A stretch of 64,000 bases of DNA from Oculina patagonica (taxonomy: Eukaryota), in the NCBI RefSeq assembly GCF_052425735.1, contig NC_135759.1, positions 28,520,001 through 28,584,000 of the forward strand. Direction: 5' to 3'. Of the stretch, positions 51,601 through 63,716 are shown piece by piece (positions within the stretch are counted from its first letter, which is position 1; each line of letters begins with the position of its first letter). The notes under the pieces were generated by a model that was given only the letters and a program-made list of their open reading frames with translations, did not search any database and was not told the DNA's origin. The position numbers and the translations under genes are program-made.

Positions 51601-54297
51601 GTCAAGATGATTCAGGGCTGGAGAAAGAGTGTTTTCCTGTGACTGAGGTAGACAACCTTGTTTCCAGCAAGTGATCAGCCTTGATTGTTTCAGTATGTGG
51701 TCACTCATAACTACAATTTCAAATTCCCCTAGGTGGTCGCTTACAAGAGCTTTGAGTGTAGTGTGTAACTGACATTGTAGGCCTGCAATGCATGCAGGTG
51801 TCGATAATAATTTGTTGTTATGGAGGTGTTGTTATGATTTGGTTCAGGCTACTTAGGGTGACATACAATGTAGCTTGCTTGCAATAGTTAACCAGTTTTA
51901 TGCTGTGTGTCTGAGTGTATACCTGTACGTGAACATTTTGAAAACTATACTTTACAGATTCCCTATTTCTGCCAGGACCATGTATGATACAGTGTAACTC
52001 AGCCCTCCAAGTTAAGACCATTTTAGTCGCCATGGCGACTAAATTTGAACCAAGGTCGCCAGCCTGGCGACTCAAATTGAGAGGAATGATTGAAAGCATC
52101 AGCTTAATTTGGTGACTAAAATTTGTCACTGGCGACCAAAACTTGAATAGTTGGTGGCCAAATGGCCACTAAGGAAAAAAATAAACTTGGAGGGTTGGTA
52201 ACTTAGGACATTTTTCAAAGTTTTTAGGTTATATTACAACCATTTTGACCGATTTGACTACCCTTAAAAAAATACCAGTGAAAACTTCTAACCTCAAGAA
52301 ATACCAAAATCAATGATACACATTTCCTCCAAAAGTTCTTTACAGGAGTTAGCATGGCCTAGTGGTTAGGGCGCTGGGTTCAAATCCACCTCCCTGCTAC
52401 TACATGTAGCTCGAATTGTCTTTGATAGTCATGAATTCAACTCCTCCACGCTTTTGTTTATAGCCAACTGGTCAACCTCCTGCCAGTTGGGGCTTTTAAC
52501 AAGTTTCTGTTCGACGTATGATATTTGTTTTGAACACTATTAACAGTGTCCTCTATTAGTACAGCCATGCTAAATTTATACATTGACACTTAAACAAAAT
52601 GATTTTTTACATCTCTCCATTACTGTTAACCTCAAAGGATGTAATTTTGTACTGATAAATATATCAGTTGCCTTTGAACTGCGTCTAACTGTATTGTTTG
52701 TGTTTTTAAGCGGTATTTCCGCTGCAGATCAACAGAAGAGTGTAATGCCCAGGACGTGAATCATTGTAACAGATTCCATCAGCCTGACTATAACTTAGCA
52801 ACACGCCGACACCCAGTAAGTTGATAATGCAAAGCGTTTTTTTTTTGCTAGATAAATTTGAAGCTTCATGAGTTTGAATGTAACTGAAGGCAGTTTGAAG
52901 AGTTAGAAGATGAAGTGTTTGGCCAAAAAGAACGTATGCAAAGTACCATATTATAGGAAATTAACGCTTCATGAAATTAATTTAAGTCGCGTTAATTTTT
53001 GTTAACGTTAATTTCCGGTCCGTTAATTAAGTGGAGCGTTAATTTCCGCGACCTTAATTTCCATTATTTTGGCCCCATTTTTCGATACAGTCCAGACGTT
53101 CTAATCTCCTAGGAAAAAGCATTATTTCTTCAGGGTGGACGATCGAAGTGGTCAGATTTCTTCGCTCAACCCATACGTTCAGGTTTAGTATCACGAACAT
53201 TGTTTTCGTCTCGGATTTTACACCTAGTGTTGAAATAAACTTGTTCCTGTTGTCTCAAAAAGTGTTTTTCTTTGTGTACGTCGCGTTAATTTCCTTCATT
53301 TTGAAATGTTGCCCTCTCTTTCGCGTTAATTTCATTTATTGGGAAGTAATATTTCCTTCGATTCGCGTTAATTTAAGTCGCGTTAATTTCAAATACCTTA
53401 ATTTACACAAGCGTTAATTTCCTATAATAAGGTAGGCTTTGTGGTCTTTTTAATCTCATCTGTTATTTTCAGTGCTCGTGACTCTTATTAAGACAGATAT
53501 ATGTTATATGTAGGTCTACGCATTTTGCTCAACTGTAAAACTAGGATGTTTTTTTTTTTTTCCTGAGACGTTAACAACTTTGACAGACATGTCACTTAAA
53601 AGCTTGTGATCTCCAAATCGTTTTAATCTTCGACTTCCTGGTCATTTTATGGCCAACATGGCTGTTTGGGCGCATCCTGAATTTAACTTTCTCCTCGCGG
53701 AATTGTATGTTTCCCCGGCGTTACCAAGTTCATCCAAAGACCTGCAACTCACAATCCTCTAACTAAACGCTCGAAACGTCAGCTTTTATTTTTTAAATTT
53801 GCTGACAGTTACAAGTCTGTGTCTATCTGCACATAGTTAGTCTCCTCTACTAACTATGATCTGCAAACGGTGGAGGGGGACATGGGGGCGAGAGACCGGG
53901 AGAAAAGGGGCGGGAATCGGGAGGAGAGACGGCGGCCCCCACCAAACAGTGTTTTTAGAAACCAATCTTGTTATTTTTAACATTTAACTAGAGTTTGCTT
54001 GGTACTTTCAAATACCGTTTCAAATGTTCTTTTTGTAGAGTTTCTTTTTATAATAATCGAGCTTGTAGATACTTTACTTGATTTGTGTACTTCTTTTTTT
54101 CTGTTAATTAAAATTGTTAACCGATGGATTGACCTTTTAATTCTCTTAACCAGCTCCAGAGGCTGGAAGACGTGCAAGTGGAAGTAGCGCCTGGCAGCTA
54201 TGCAGTTTCCGCTGGTCGTTACGGCGCACCCAGACAGCACACCCATATCGTCCGTTTGGAGCCTGGGCAAACAGTAGATCTAGGGTTTTCTTTATAG
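48375..54297 (+). CDS. AKIP1: A-kinase-interacting protein 1 homologue (156 aa; exons 48375-48386, 49404-49532, 51114-51194, 52711-52815, 54154-54297)
   Basis: All introns are phase 0. Segments LCRSGRQGVSTLNKALLRKVEW, TIEDAFDTVLQYMNVTSRQCK, HCNRFH and DVQVEVAPGSYAVSAG..THIVRLEPGQTVDLGF align with remembered human AKIP1 motifs (LQRSARLALEVLERAKRRAVDW, TLSASFRTMAEFMDYTSSQC, HVYRYH, IEVYPGTYSVTVG..THVVAVDSGQSVDLVF). Confidence 0.85.
49580..50650. mobile_element. TA-flanked MITE with a nested element (~49746-50330)
   Basis: CCATAAATGTTCTAATAAACGCCC / GGGCGTTTATTAGATCATTTACGG TIR. Confidence 0.7.
52946..53432. mobile_element. TA-flanked MITE
   Basis: CCATATTATAGGAAATTAACGC / GCGTTAATTTCCTATAATAAGG TIR with internal CGTTAATTT repeats. 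Confidence 0.78.
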
Positions 54298-55591
54298 TCA
54301 TGTCACGATATATTTGTTTTATTACATGATGTTGATATTTATGTTAATTCGCAATCCACGTCGTTCTCGATGCTAGTTTTGTAAAGTCCGTTGTTTTTAT
54401 TGTAGAGTATAGTTTTTCAAATTGAAATTTACAGAATAAGTTTCATTACGTGAGGCGGAACGTAATGAAGATTTACAGTACACGTATACAGGAATTTGTT
54501 TATGATTCTTCAGCCTTTTCGTTTAGTGTTAGAAATGGCCAGGTTTATAATGAATAGAAGTTGTAATCTTGAAACCCTATACAGATGTTGATTATTCGTA
54601 GGCTCGAAGCATTAATAGGTCCACATTGTGAAAATTGTAGTTACATGTAATTTAATCACTTATTCTAAAAGAGGCAATCATATACCAGTGTTCTAATTGT
54701 AAAAAATCTTTGTAGTTTGACTTGACACGTGTAGGCTTGTATTTTTACTAAAGAAAGTGAAGCTCTTAATTGAAGTTATTTTCGGATGATTAAGCTCCAT
54801 ACGTACTTTTTATTTGTTTTGCGTTAGATCTAAATCTGGTACGTGCAAAGTTTGACGGTGAAACTTAGCTCCCTCGTCCAATCAGATGCAAAACTACATC
54901 CTTGGTTTTCCAACGCTTCCGTCATGATGTAATGTTCAGTTAAGGCTTGATCAATCAGCAACTAACTAGTCTAAGTTGTCTTAATCCGCAACGACGTGTT
55001 TATAATGAGCCTTGGTGTGGTTGATACCTGTTTTGTGATAGAATTGAATACACTGGATTAAGTTTTTCAGTAATCATCCAAAAGTCCCCTACAATAACTT
55101 TAATTCACCAAAACTGCCCCTTTGATTAAACCTATCTTGTTTAATTAAGGGTTTATTCCTACTTTTTTCAGCGAGAATGTTGGCCTGATTTTACTAAACT
55201 CGTGAAATAGCTACTACGTAATGAAGTTGTTTCAATGGTTTAGTGAAATCACTCTATTACATTGTAGTTGGTTTTGAGTTTTATAAAGAGAATAACTTGT
55301 ATACTAGTATTTTTTAAATTCAGTCAATAAATGGAAGAACAATAATACCCATGATTGTTATTCCACTAACACACCAGAGTTACCAGATGGTGTACGAGAT
55401 ATTACAAAAAGTCAATCGAAAGTGTTTATTACGGTTCCATGACTATCTTAGACCCTACAAGCTCCTACATACTACGCGAACGACTTTGAATATGTCACAC
55501 AAATTTCTGTATCGACTTGCCAATGATGAATTAATCCTGGACGTTTCTTTGCTAAATGACGAAGGTCATTATGAGAAAATGTACGTATTTT

Positions 55592-56044
55592 CATAGCCGG
55601 CGGAGCAGGAGGGACAGGGTGGCTGTAGCACCCCCAACGAAAATTTTCGGGGGCTGCCCCCCCTCACCCCACGTTTCGGTGCCTAAAATTGGTTTGTCAC
55701 GATATTCACTCTTGCGATCGTTTCACAAATTTTCAAATTTCCGTCTCTCCAAAACGCTACTTGGAGAGGCCCACAAACTGTCAAGTTTGTATTTGACATT
55801 ACTTGTGGTATCGGCGACTTCAGAGCGCACAATTTCTGCCCTCCGACGACTAAAAAAACTACCTACGAAGCACCACGAAGCAGGATCGTTTGAACTGTCT
55901 ACTTATGCTTTGTCACAAGTCGATTACGGGCACACTGGGCGCAGAGGTGTTTGTGCCAACGAACTACGAAACGGGCATTTTGGGAAATTTGAGTATGCCC
56001 CCCCCCTCCCCCCACATTTCAAAACTCTTCACCGCCTCTCTATG
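55592..56044 (+). mobile_element. hAT-derived deletion element retaining a transposase C-terminal fragment
   Basis: LYLTLLVVSATSERTISALRRLK resembles the hAT dimerisation motif (ERxFS.L.R.K). CATAG...CTATG-type ends. Confidence 0.65.
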
Positions 56045-57075
56045 TATGTATGTAATGTATAAGTTTGTTTTGTAAAGAGCAAAAAAAGTTAAAATACAAA
56101 AAAGATCAAAGACGGTCCAAAATAGGTTTGGCGGGATGCGGAATGGGTCTCAAAATCAAGGCGGGTTGCGGGATGTGAAAAATTTTAGTGGCGGGATACG
56201 GGATGAAATTGTTTTGGCGGGACCGGGATGTGTTACTTTTTGTAGGCGGAATGTGTGATGTTCTGAAATTTAAGGCGAGATGAAATATCAAACACGATCT
56301 TTGTTGTTTGATAAACTTTGTTTCGGCGACTGTTGTGTTTCTACCAAAATAAATACCGTATTAACTCGAATAAGCGCCGCGGCGCTTATTAAATTTTTCG
56401 CGACTCAAGTGCGGCGCTTATTCGAGAGCGGCGCTTATTTGAGGGCGGCGCTTATTTAAAATTTGGACGCCATAAAGAATCTGATCTTTTACAGTAATTG
56501 AAAATATCGTCTTTTGATTGTCAGTCTTCGTCTCTTGCTGAAGAAAGAAGTAGCGCTAGCTGTCTTGGCAAAAGTTCACGGCCTTCACATCATTTACAGA
56601 GCTGCGTATTGCAAAAATGTTGGATAGAAGAACTAATGGGCGAGCGGTAAAACAATAACATTGAACTGCAAAACATCTCTTTTGATGAAAAAGAAATTTT
56701 CAAGATTGTTTTAGAGTTGCTTTGTAGTGCTGTTACTAGTAAAACGGAATTCCTCAAATAAGCGCCGCATCGGGACTGCGGCGCTTATTCGGGGGCGGCG
56801 CTTATTCGCGTATAGCTTTCTTCACATGTGAAAAGCTAACCAATCAGCATCTAGAGTAGTACGACTCATCCAATCACAGCGGACTTGGGGTAAAATGCAG
56901 ACTGCGCGCAGACTGCAGACCAGGGGTAAAATGCAGACTGAGGGTAAAGTAACGAAATATGAGTAGATACATACAATTTTTAAATTGTATGTATGTATGT
57001 AATATGGGCGCAGCAATGGCGGAGTAGACGTGTTTAAAACCGTTCGCCTTATATGAGCTTTTTTAGGATGACTTA

Positions 57076-58008
57076 ATGGAAGATTTATTCAAGTCCCTGC
57101 TCACTAAAAGAAGACCAAGACAGCTATCCTCCGAAAGCTCCGCAGATACTTCGCCAGAAGCAAAGAGACTTAAAGAGAAGGAATCTCCTTCCTCTCCCGA
57201 ACAACGTGACGAAGGAGACGACATAATTTTACGCGCTTTGGACATGTCTGAAAACCTTCAAAAATCACTGGAAGATATTCTTAAGAAACTCGAAAAGTTG
57301 GACGCTATCGAAGTAGCGGTAAACAATTTCCAGAAGTCTTTCGAGAACCTCGAACGAAGATTAGAAGTCCTCGAAGAGGACCACGACAACATTAAGCAAG
57401 ATGTTGAAGATCTAAAAACCAACTTAAACGCAAATGAAGCAGATAAGAATGCAACCAATGAAAGAATACAAAAGATCCAGGACAGCGTTGACGCGAAACT
57501 TGCAACACTGGAGATTCAAAACAGTGAGCTCCGCGAAAAGCTTAAGTTGGTCGAAGATAAGCATTTATACCTGGAAGCTTACTCGAGGCGCGAAAACCTC
57601 AGATTTGAAAACATTCCAGAAGACGCCACAAACAAAGAGGACACAGAGACAGCGCTGCGCTCGTTTATGGAAACGAATCTGGGCTTCCGTGATGCTGCTA
57701 ACGTAGAAATACAACGAGTCCATCGAGTCGGCAGAAAGAAAGATGACAAGCCCAGAACCATCATTGCTCGCTTCCTACGATTCAAGGATGTTGAGAAGTT
57801 GCTTTCGCTGGGACACCGACTACGAGGAACAAATTATAAAGTGTACCAAGACCTTCCGTTCGAGATCGTCGATCGCAGAAAGAAGCAGATGGATACCTTC
57901 AAAAAGGCAAGACGCAACGATATTCCCGCAGCCTTCAGTAAATCTCAGCCCGACAAGCTATACATTCGAGGCAAACTATGGCCATCTGGAAAGCCTTTCG
58001 AGCTGTGA
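57076..58008 (+). CDS. LINE ORF1p (coiled coil + L1-type RRM/CTD)
   Basis: Long heptad coil followed by EAYSRRENLRFENIPE, IQRVHRVG, PRTIIARF and VYQDLP. Confidence 0.92.
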   Translation: MEDLFKSLLTKRRPRQLSSESSADTSPEAKRLKEKESPSSPEQRDEGDDIILRALDMSENLQKSLEDILKKLEKLDAIEVAVNNFQKSFENLERRLEVLEEDHDNIKQDVEDLKTNLNANEADKNATNERIQKIQDSVDAKLATLEIQNSELREKLKLVEDKHLYLEAYSRRENLRFENIPEDATNKEDTETALRSFMETNLGFRDAANVEIQRVHRVGRKKDDKPRTIIARFLRFKDVEKLLSLGHRLRGTNYKVYQDLPFEIVDRRKKQMDTFKKARRNDIPAAFSKSQPDKLYIRGKLWPSGKPFEL

Positions 58009-58506
58009 ACTGCTGGAACATTCACGAAACTGTGAGGTATAATACAGTACAAAATTAGTCCGTTTTTGCTAAGTTTTGAGTTGTTTAATTGCCTTCTCTC
58101 GTAAAACTCTGTAAGCCAAGTCTCCTAAAGTGTATAATGAAACTTTCTCGAATTGAAATAATTGTTAGGCGAGCGGTCACGGAAAACGCGAAACCTCTGT
58201 CGAAATAGTCGTGAAGCAAAACCTTTCAAACCCTTCACAGCTGTTTCTCAGCAATCCATCTAGGCGGCGTTTAAATGTTTTTATGTCTTCGATTTATTGT
58301 ATAGGCGTGTGTGTGTGTTTGTTGTATTTCTTTAGCTTTCTGTGTATTTTCTGCCCTTCTGCTATTCAAAACTATTTACTTGCATTTTCATTCACTCTGC
58401 GTTCAGCTATACCTTGCTCTTTATCGAAGCAAATCAGGAAAAACCTTTTCGTCTCTGGTCAGCCATGCAGGGTTTTTGCATTATTTTATTATCTACCGCA
58501 AAAAAG

Positions 58507-61500
58507 ATGAATACACTTAACGACCTACATCTGAAGTGCCTGTCGCTAAACGTAAGAGGGCTCAACAAAACTTTTAAGCGTCGATTAATATTCCGATGGC
58601 TACACAAACAAAAACAACATTTCATTTTTCTGCAAGAGTGTTATAGCTCAAATTTATGCGCATCAAGATGGGAAAATGAATGGGGCGGCAAGGTGATATA
58701 TAGTCATGGCACAAACCATAGTAAAGGCGTGATGATTCTAATTAACCCGTCAGTGGACTGTAAAATTGAAAAAACTATTTGTGACAAAAATGGCAGGTTC
58801 ATTATCATAAAACTCTCCCTTGACGAGCAATCAATTGTTCTCGTAAACATCTACGCTCCAAATGACGCAACCCAGCAATTAGGTTTCTTTACAAGGCTTG
58901 ATCAATTATTACAAGATTTCTCTCAAGACAATATAATAATCGGAGGCGATTTCAACTGCCCGCTTTCTACAAAGGATAAAATTGGTGGAAAACCCGTCAC
59001 ACAGAAAACAAAAGTCATAAATGCTATTGAAACGCTTTGCCATACTCTGAGTCTCCGCGACATTTGGCGAAGTTTAAATTCCGATCTCTCCCGCTTCACT
59101 TGGAGAAATAAGTCACTTAAAATACAATGTCGTTTAGATTTTTTCTTAGTCTCAGAAGACCTCTGCAGTCAAACGAAAGGTTGCGACATCCTACTAGCAC
59201 CTGAAAGCGATCATTCAGCTGTCACTTTACATATCCAATCAGATACTCTAGCTCAGAAAAAAGGACCTGGTTTCTGGAAGTTTAACAGCGCACTCCTCAA
59301 AGATGAGTACTACATCGCCTCCCTACGCGAGAATATTCCCAATTTTAGGGAGAAATACTCCGATATAACTAATTTGGGCCTAAAATGGGATCTCATTAAA
59401 ATGGAAATCAGGGGCTTCACCGTGAAATATTCAAAACAAAAAGCAAAAGTGAACAAAGATAAAGAGAAGTCACTGCAAGAAAAAATCAACACCTTGCAGG
59501 CGCAAACCGAGAAACACCCGCACAACAAGAAATTACTCCTCGAACTTAACGCAGAAAAAATGCGGCTAAAAAGAATAATGAATTACAAGACAAAAGGCGC
59601 CATCCTAAGGAGTAAAGTGAGATGGCACGAACAAGGCGAGCGAAACACGAAATACTTCTACGGCCTAGAAAAAAGAAATTACAAGAACAAGACAGTTACA
59701 AGATTGAAAATCGCTGAAAATGTCTTTACAAGTGATCAATTTGAGATTCTTGAAAAAGAAAAACAGTTCTACAAATCCCTTTATAAATCAAAAAATGTAG
59801 ATCCGAGTAAATTCGAAGAATCAATGTTTTTTAACCAAGGAAATATTTCTCCGCTAACCGAGGAAGACAAATCAGCATGCGAAGGTCAAATAACCATGGA
59901 TGAATGCCTTGATGCACTAAAAGATTTCCAATCTGGAAAAACACCAGGCACTGACGGCTTTTCAGCAGAATTTTACCGTTTTTTCTGGCACGAAATCGGG
60001 AGAACCTTAACAGACAGTCTTAACCACGCCTTCCAATCGGGGAAGCTTTCTATTACCCAGAGAAGAGGGATTATCTCACTAATTCCGAAAAAATCTAAGG
60101 ACAAATCTATCTTAGAAAACTTAAGACCAATTTCGCTTCTAAACGTAGACTACAAAATCCTCACCAAAGCTATCGCAAAAAGACTTGAAAAAGTACTACC
60201 CAAGATCATAAATGCCGACCAAACTGGCTATGTCAAAGGTCGATATATCGGTGAAAATATTCGCCTAATACAAGATACTATTTATTTCACAAGCCAAACA
60301 AATTGTGAAGGTATAGCTATCTTTCTTGACTTTAAAAAAGCTTTTGACTCGATAGAATGGAACTATCTATATGCCGCTCTTAACCTCTTCAACTTCGGGC
60401 CTGATATCCTAAATTGGATCAAAATAATATATAACGATGTTTCCAGTTGTGTCATCAATAACGGTCATGCTTCTGATTTTTTCTCGCTACAACGCGGAGT
60501 TCGACAAGGTTGCCCCCTATCCGGAATTCTGTTTATCTTAGGAATTGAATTATTTGCAAGAGCCTTAAAGAACAATGCTTCCATCAAAGGCATTCAAGTT
60601 GGTGACAACGAAATAAAAGTAGCACAATATGCTGATGACACCACTGTTTTTGTCCGCGATCTAAAATCAGTTCATGAGCTGCTTAGTTTTCTTAAAGATT
60701 TCAGTTCCATCTCCGGCCTAGAGATTAATACCGCGAAAACTGAAGCAATGTGGTTAGGGCAGTGGAAAAACAGACAGGACACTCCCTTCGGCTTCAAATG
60801 GCCGAAAGAACCGATACTTTCTTTAGGTGTTTTCTTTTCACATAACCAAATTGATGCAGATGAACTCAATTTTGGTGCTAAAATAAGAGACCTAGAAAAA
60901 TCGCTGAGCGCGTGGCAAAGAAGAAAGCTAACGCTATATGGAAAAATTAATATAGTTAAAACACTAGGTCTCTCTAAACTGATCTTTAATGCTTCAGTCC
61001 TGCACGTCCCATACCACTTTATCGAGAAAATCAACAAGATTACGTTCAACTTTATCTGGGACGGAAAACCATCTAAAATCAAAAGAACTACCATAATAGG
61101 AGAAAAAAAGAACGGTGGACTAAAAATGTGCGATTTTACAATTATGGAAAAGGCACTAAAGACAGCTTGGATCTACAGAATTCAAAGCAACTCATCCGCT
61201 GCATGGAAATTCATTCCGGACCACATTATGCGACACCACGGCAATCTCACTTTCTTAACGCATTGTAACTATGATGTTAAATCTCTAAAGCTTGAAAATC
61301 TGCCGGATTTCTATTGCTCAATCTTAAAATATTGGCAAAATTTTAAAACACTAGATGACAACAACAGTGATATTAAACAGGAAATTCTATGGAATAACTG
61401 CAGCATTCTTATCGACAGAAAGCCAATCTTTTATAGAAATTGGTTCGCCCAAGGAATTGTTCGTTTGCACCATTTACTGAACGAGCATGGACTTTTTTAC

Positions 61501-62241
61501 AACCTTGCTGAATTTAAAATAAAATACAACCTTAACGTGCCTTTCACCGTCTACTACGGCCTCCTCGATGCCATACCACGTGCGTGGAAAAATGAACTAA
61601 AACTGTGTAACCATACCGACATTGTCAACCAAAATAGTGAAACACTCTTATCGACTGCTTCAATTTACTCTACTTTCCTAGATAACTCCTTCAAACCACC
61701 AACTTCGCAAAGTAGGATCCTTCGTCATGGCTTTACTGAGAGTAATGTCCAAAAGGTTTATCAACTACCTTTCATTATTACAAAAGAAACCAAAATCATC
61801 ATGTTCCAATATAAAGTTATACACAACATACTCCCCACACAGATGAGTCTTTATCGTGATGGCATTTCTGACAACGACATCTGTCTTCTTTGCAATACTG
61901 AAAAACAGACTTTAAACCATTTGCTTGTCAATTGCTTAAAAACAACCTCCTTCTGGAAATTATTTGAAGACTGGTGGTATGAAAAGTCCCAAGAACGACT
62001 ATCTCTAACTCAAAGCATCATACTATATGGTTTTTTCGGTAAGACATCACACTGGCAGGCACTTAACTATTCAATTATCCTGGGAAAACACTATATTTTC
62101 TGCACAAATGGTGACCAAGACGAACTGTGTTTCCGAACGTTTCTTCTTCGTCTTCGCGACAAATTGCAGATACTTAGAGAGAGTGCAATCGCAAGTAAAT
62201 GCTTAGACCAATTTCAGCGTACGTGGGCTTTCCTTCTGTAA
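58507..62241 (+). CDS. LINE ORF2p (APE endonuclease + reverse transcriptase + CCHC zinc knuckle), ~1244 aa
   Basis: Endonuclease motifs SLNVRGL, LQEC, GGDFN and ESDH. RT motifs LRPISLLN, LDFKKAFD, RQGCPLS and QYADD. C-terminal CLLCNTEKQTLNHLLVNC. The likely start is ATG 58507, just before the endonuclease domain. Confidence 0.96.
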   Translation: MNTLNDLHLKCLSLNVRGLNKTFKRRLIFRWLHKQKQHFIFLQECYSSNLCASRWENEWGGKVIYSHGTNHSKGVMILINPSVDCKIEKTICDKNGRFIIIKLSLDEQSIVLVNIYAPNDATQQLGFFTRLDQLLQDFSQDNIIIGGDFNCPLSTKDKIGGKPVTQKTKVINAIETLCHTLSLRDIWRSLNSDLSRFTWRNKSLKIQCRLDFFLVSEDLCSQTKGCDILLAPESDHSAVTLHIQSDTLAQKKGPGFWKFNSALLKDEYYIASLRENIPNFREKYSDITNLGLKWDLIKMEIRGFTVKYSKQKAKVNKDKEKSLQEKINTLQAQTEKHPHNKKLLLELNAEKMRLKRIMNYKTKGAILRSKVRWHEQGERNTKYFYGLEKRNYKNKTVTRLKIAENVFTSDQFEILEKEKQFYKSLYKSKNVDPSKFEESMFFNQGNISPLTEEDKSACEGQITMDECLDALKDFQSGKTPGTDGFSAEFYRFFWHEIGRTLTDSLNHAFQSGKLSITQRRGIISLIPKKSKDKSILENLRPISLLNVDYKILTKAIAKRLEKVLPKIINADQTGYVKGRYIGENIRLIQDTIYFTSQTNCEGIAIFLDFKKAFDSIEWNYLYAALNLFNFGPDILNWIKIIYNDVSSCVINNGHASDFFSLQRGVRQGCPLSGILFILGIELFARALKNNASIKGIQVGDNEIKVAQYADDTTVFVRDLKSVHELLSFLKDFSSISGLEINTAKTEAMWLGQWKNRQDTPFGFKWPKEPILSLGVFFSHNQIDADELNFGAKIRDLEKSLSAWQRRKLTLYGKINIVKTLGLSKLIFNASVLHVPYHFIEKINKITFNFIWDGKPSKIKRTTIIGEKKNGGLKMCDFTIMEKALKTAWIYRIQSNSSAAWKFIPDHIMRHHGNLTFLTHCNYDVKSLKLENLPDFYCSILKYWQNFKTLDDNNSDIKQEILWNNCSILIDRKPIFYRNWFAQGIVRLHHLLNEHGLFYNLAEFKIKYNLNVPFTVYYGLLDAIPRAWKNELKLCNHTDIVNQNSETLLSTASIYSTFLDNSFKPPTSQSRILRHGFTESNVQKVYQLPFIITKETKIIMFQYKVIHNILPTQMSLYRDGISDNDICLLCNTEKQTLNHLLVNCLKTTSFWKLFEDWWYEKSQERLSLTQSIILYGFFGKTSHWQALNYSIILGKHYIFCTNGDQDELCFRTFLLRLRDKLQILRESAIASKCLDQFQRTWAFLL

Positions 62242-63181
62242 GACTTCTTTTATAACATTCTAAATTCGTACTGTATATTTGAAGCATATAAGTATTGTAG
62301 GTTAAGTAGGATAATTCAAAATTAGGCGGAAAATTTGTAATTTTTGTAGTGTTATGTAGTGTTACTAGTGTGTAAGCGTGTATTATATATGAAGCAAAAT
62401 TGTGTAAAAAAAAAAAACCTGTATAGTAGTAGTAAATACTGTAGTTTATAAAATTATTGTATAGTAAGTAGTGTAGTATAAGTATTGTTTTTGTAAGTAG
62501 TATTGTAACTAGCGTATGTTTTTGCTTTGTAAGTAGTGTTTTTTTTTTTTTTTTTGGTGTTGCAATAAAAAAAAAAAAAACAAAAAAAAAAACGAAATAT
62601 GAGTAACAAATTAAAGCCATTTTCCCCCGCCGGCTCCAATTTTACCCCTGGTCTGCAGTCTGCATTTTACCCTCAGTCTGCATTTTACCCCCGGTCTGCA
62701 GTCTGCAGTCCGCAGTCTGCGTTTTACACTGACTGGTTTTAATATTCGCTTGTGGCGAAGTTTCCTGGATGCGATACGAAGTTTTTAACGAAAATGTAAC
62801 GCAGTGTGTTTATTGAATGAAGAATTTTGTCTAGGAGAGTTTGTCGACAGTAATTTTTCTTTTGTACATGCATATTATTGAAATAGCGAATTCGCATGTA
62901 AAGCTATGTGCATTTGCAGCTTTGTTTTCTCGCGCCGTTAACTGCAGCTGTTGTATTTCAACTGGAAAAATCGGCGTTAAGTGTTCAATGGTTGAATTCT
63001 CTCTCTATATATATAATAAACAAGATACAACATAGAAAATGCTTTGTACGGACTTTTATTCACTCGTTGCAAAACTTTGGAAAACGAACGAGTGAGCGTA
63101 GCTCACTCGTTCGTTTTCCAAAGTTTTGCAACGAGTGAATATAAATCCATACGGCGCACTTTCTATGAAGTAATCTATTTA

Positions 63182-63716
63182 ACAAATAGATTCCATTTTG
63201 CCGTGCGTCTGTTCAGTATAGATCACAGATGACGTCAAAATGTGGTAAGAACAAAAAAAGTGGCCCACGAGCCGCAAGGCGAGTGGGTCACTGTTGTTCT
63301 TACCACATTTTGACTTCTTCTGTGATCTATAACTGAACAGACCCACGGGAAAACTGAATCTATTTGTTTTATATAATAAAACTCTGATTTGTACTATGAA
63401 CTCTGATCACGCGCGCGAGTCACACCACCGCGTGACGTCATCTATGCGTCTGTACTCTGATAGATCATAAGTAAGAACCAATCAAAATGCGCGAAGAATT
63501 CAGGTTATTATATAATTCACAAATAGATTCTATTTTAGGCCATGCGTCTGTTCAGTATAGATCACAGATGACGTCAAAATGTGGTATGAACAGAAAAGTG
63601 GCCCACGAGCCGCTAGACGAGTGGGTCACTAATGTTCATACCACATTTTGACGTCTTCTGTGATCTATAACTGAGCAGACCCACGGCAAAATGGAATCTA
63701 TTTGTTTTATATAATA
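63182..63716. repeat. Two directly repeated palindromic ~195-bp units
   Basis: ACAAATAGATT..GTCTGTTCAGTATAGATCACAG..AATCTATTTGTTTTATATAATAA at 63182-63378 and 63519-63716. Confidence 0.75.

Larger units (their letters stand above)
56966..62590 (+). mobile_element. Full-length L1/Tx1-clade non-LTR retrotransposon
   Basis: Two intact ORFs, AATAAA at 62564 followed by a poly(A) tail, and a 15-bp TSD AACGAAATATGAGTA at 56951-56965 and 62591-62605. Confidence 0.95.
56880..62736. mobile_element. Non-autonomous inverted-repeat element (MITE) interrupted by the L1
   Basis: GGGTAAAATGCAGACTG repeats at 56887-56948 are mirrored by CAGTCTGCATTTTACCC repeats at 62640-62733. Confidence 0.75.

Noticed and set aside
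58342-58506. N-terminal extension of L1 ORF2 given in the ORF track
   Set aside because: Non-ATG start in the inter-ORF spacer; the endonuclease domain begins just after ATG 58507.
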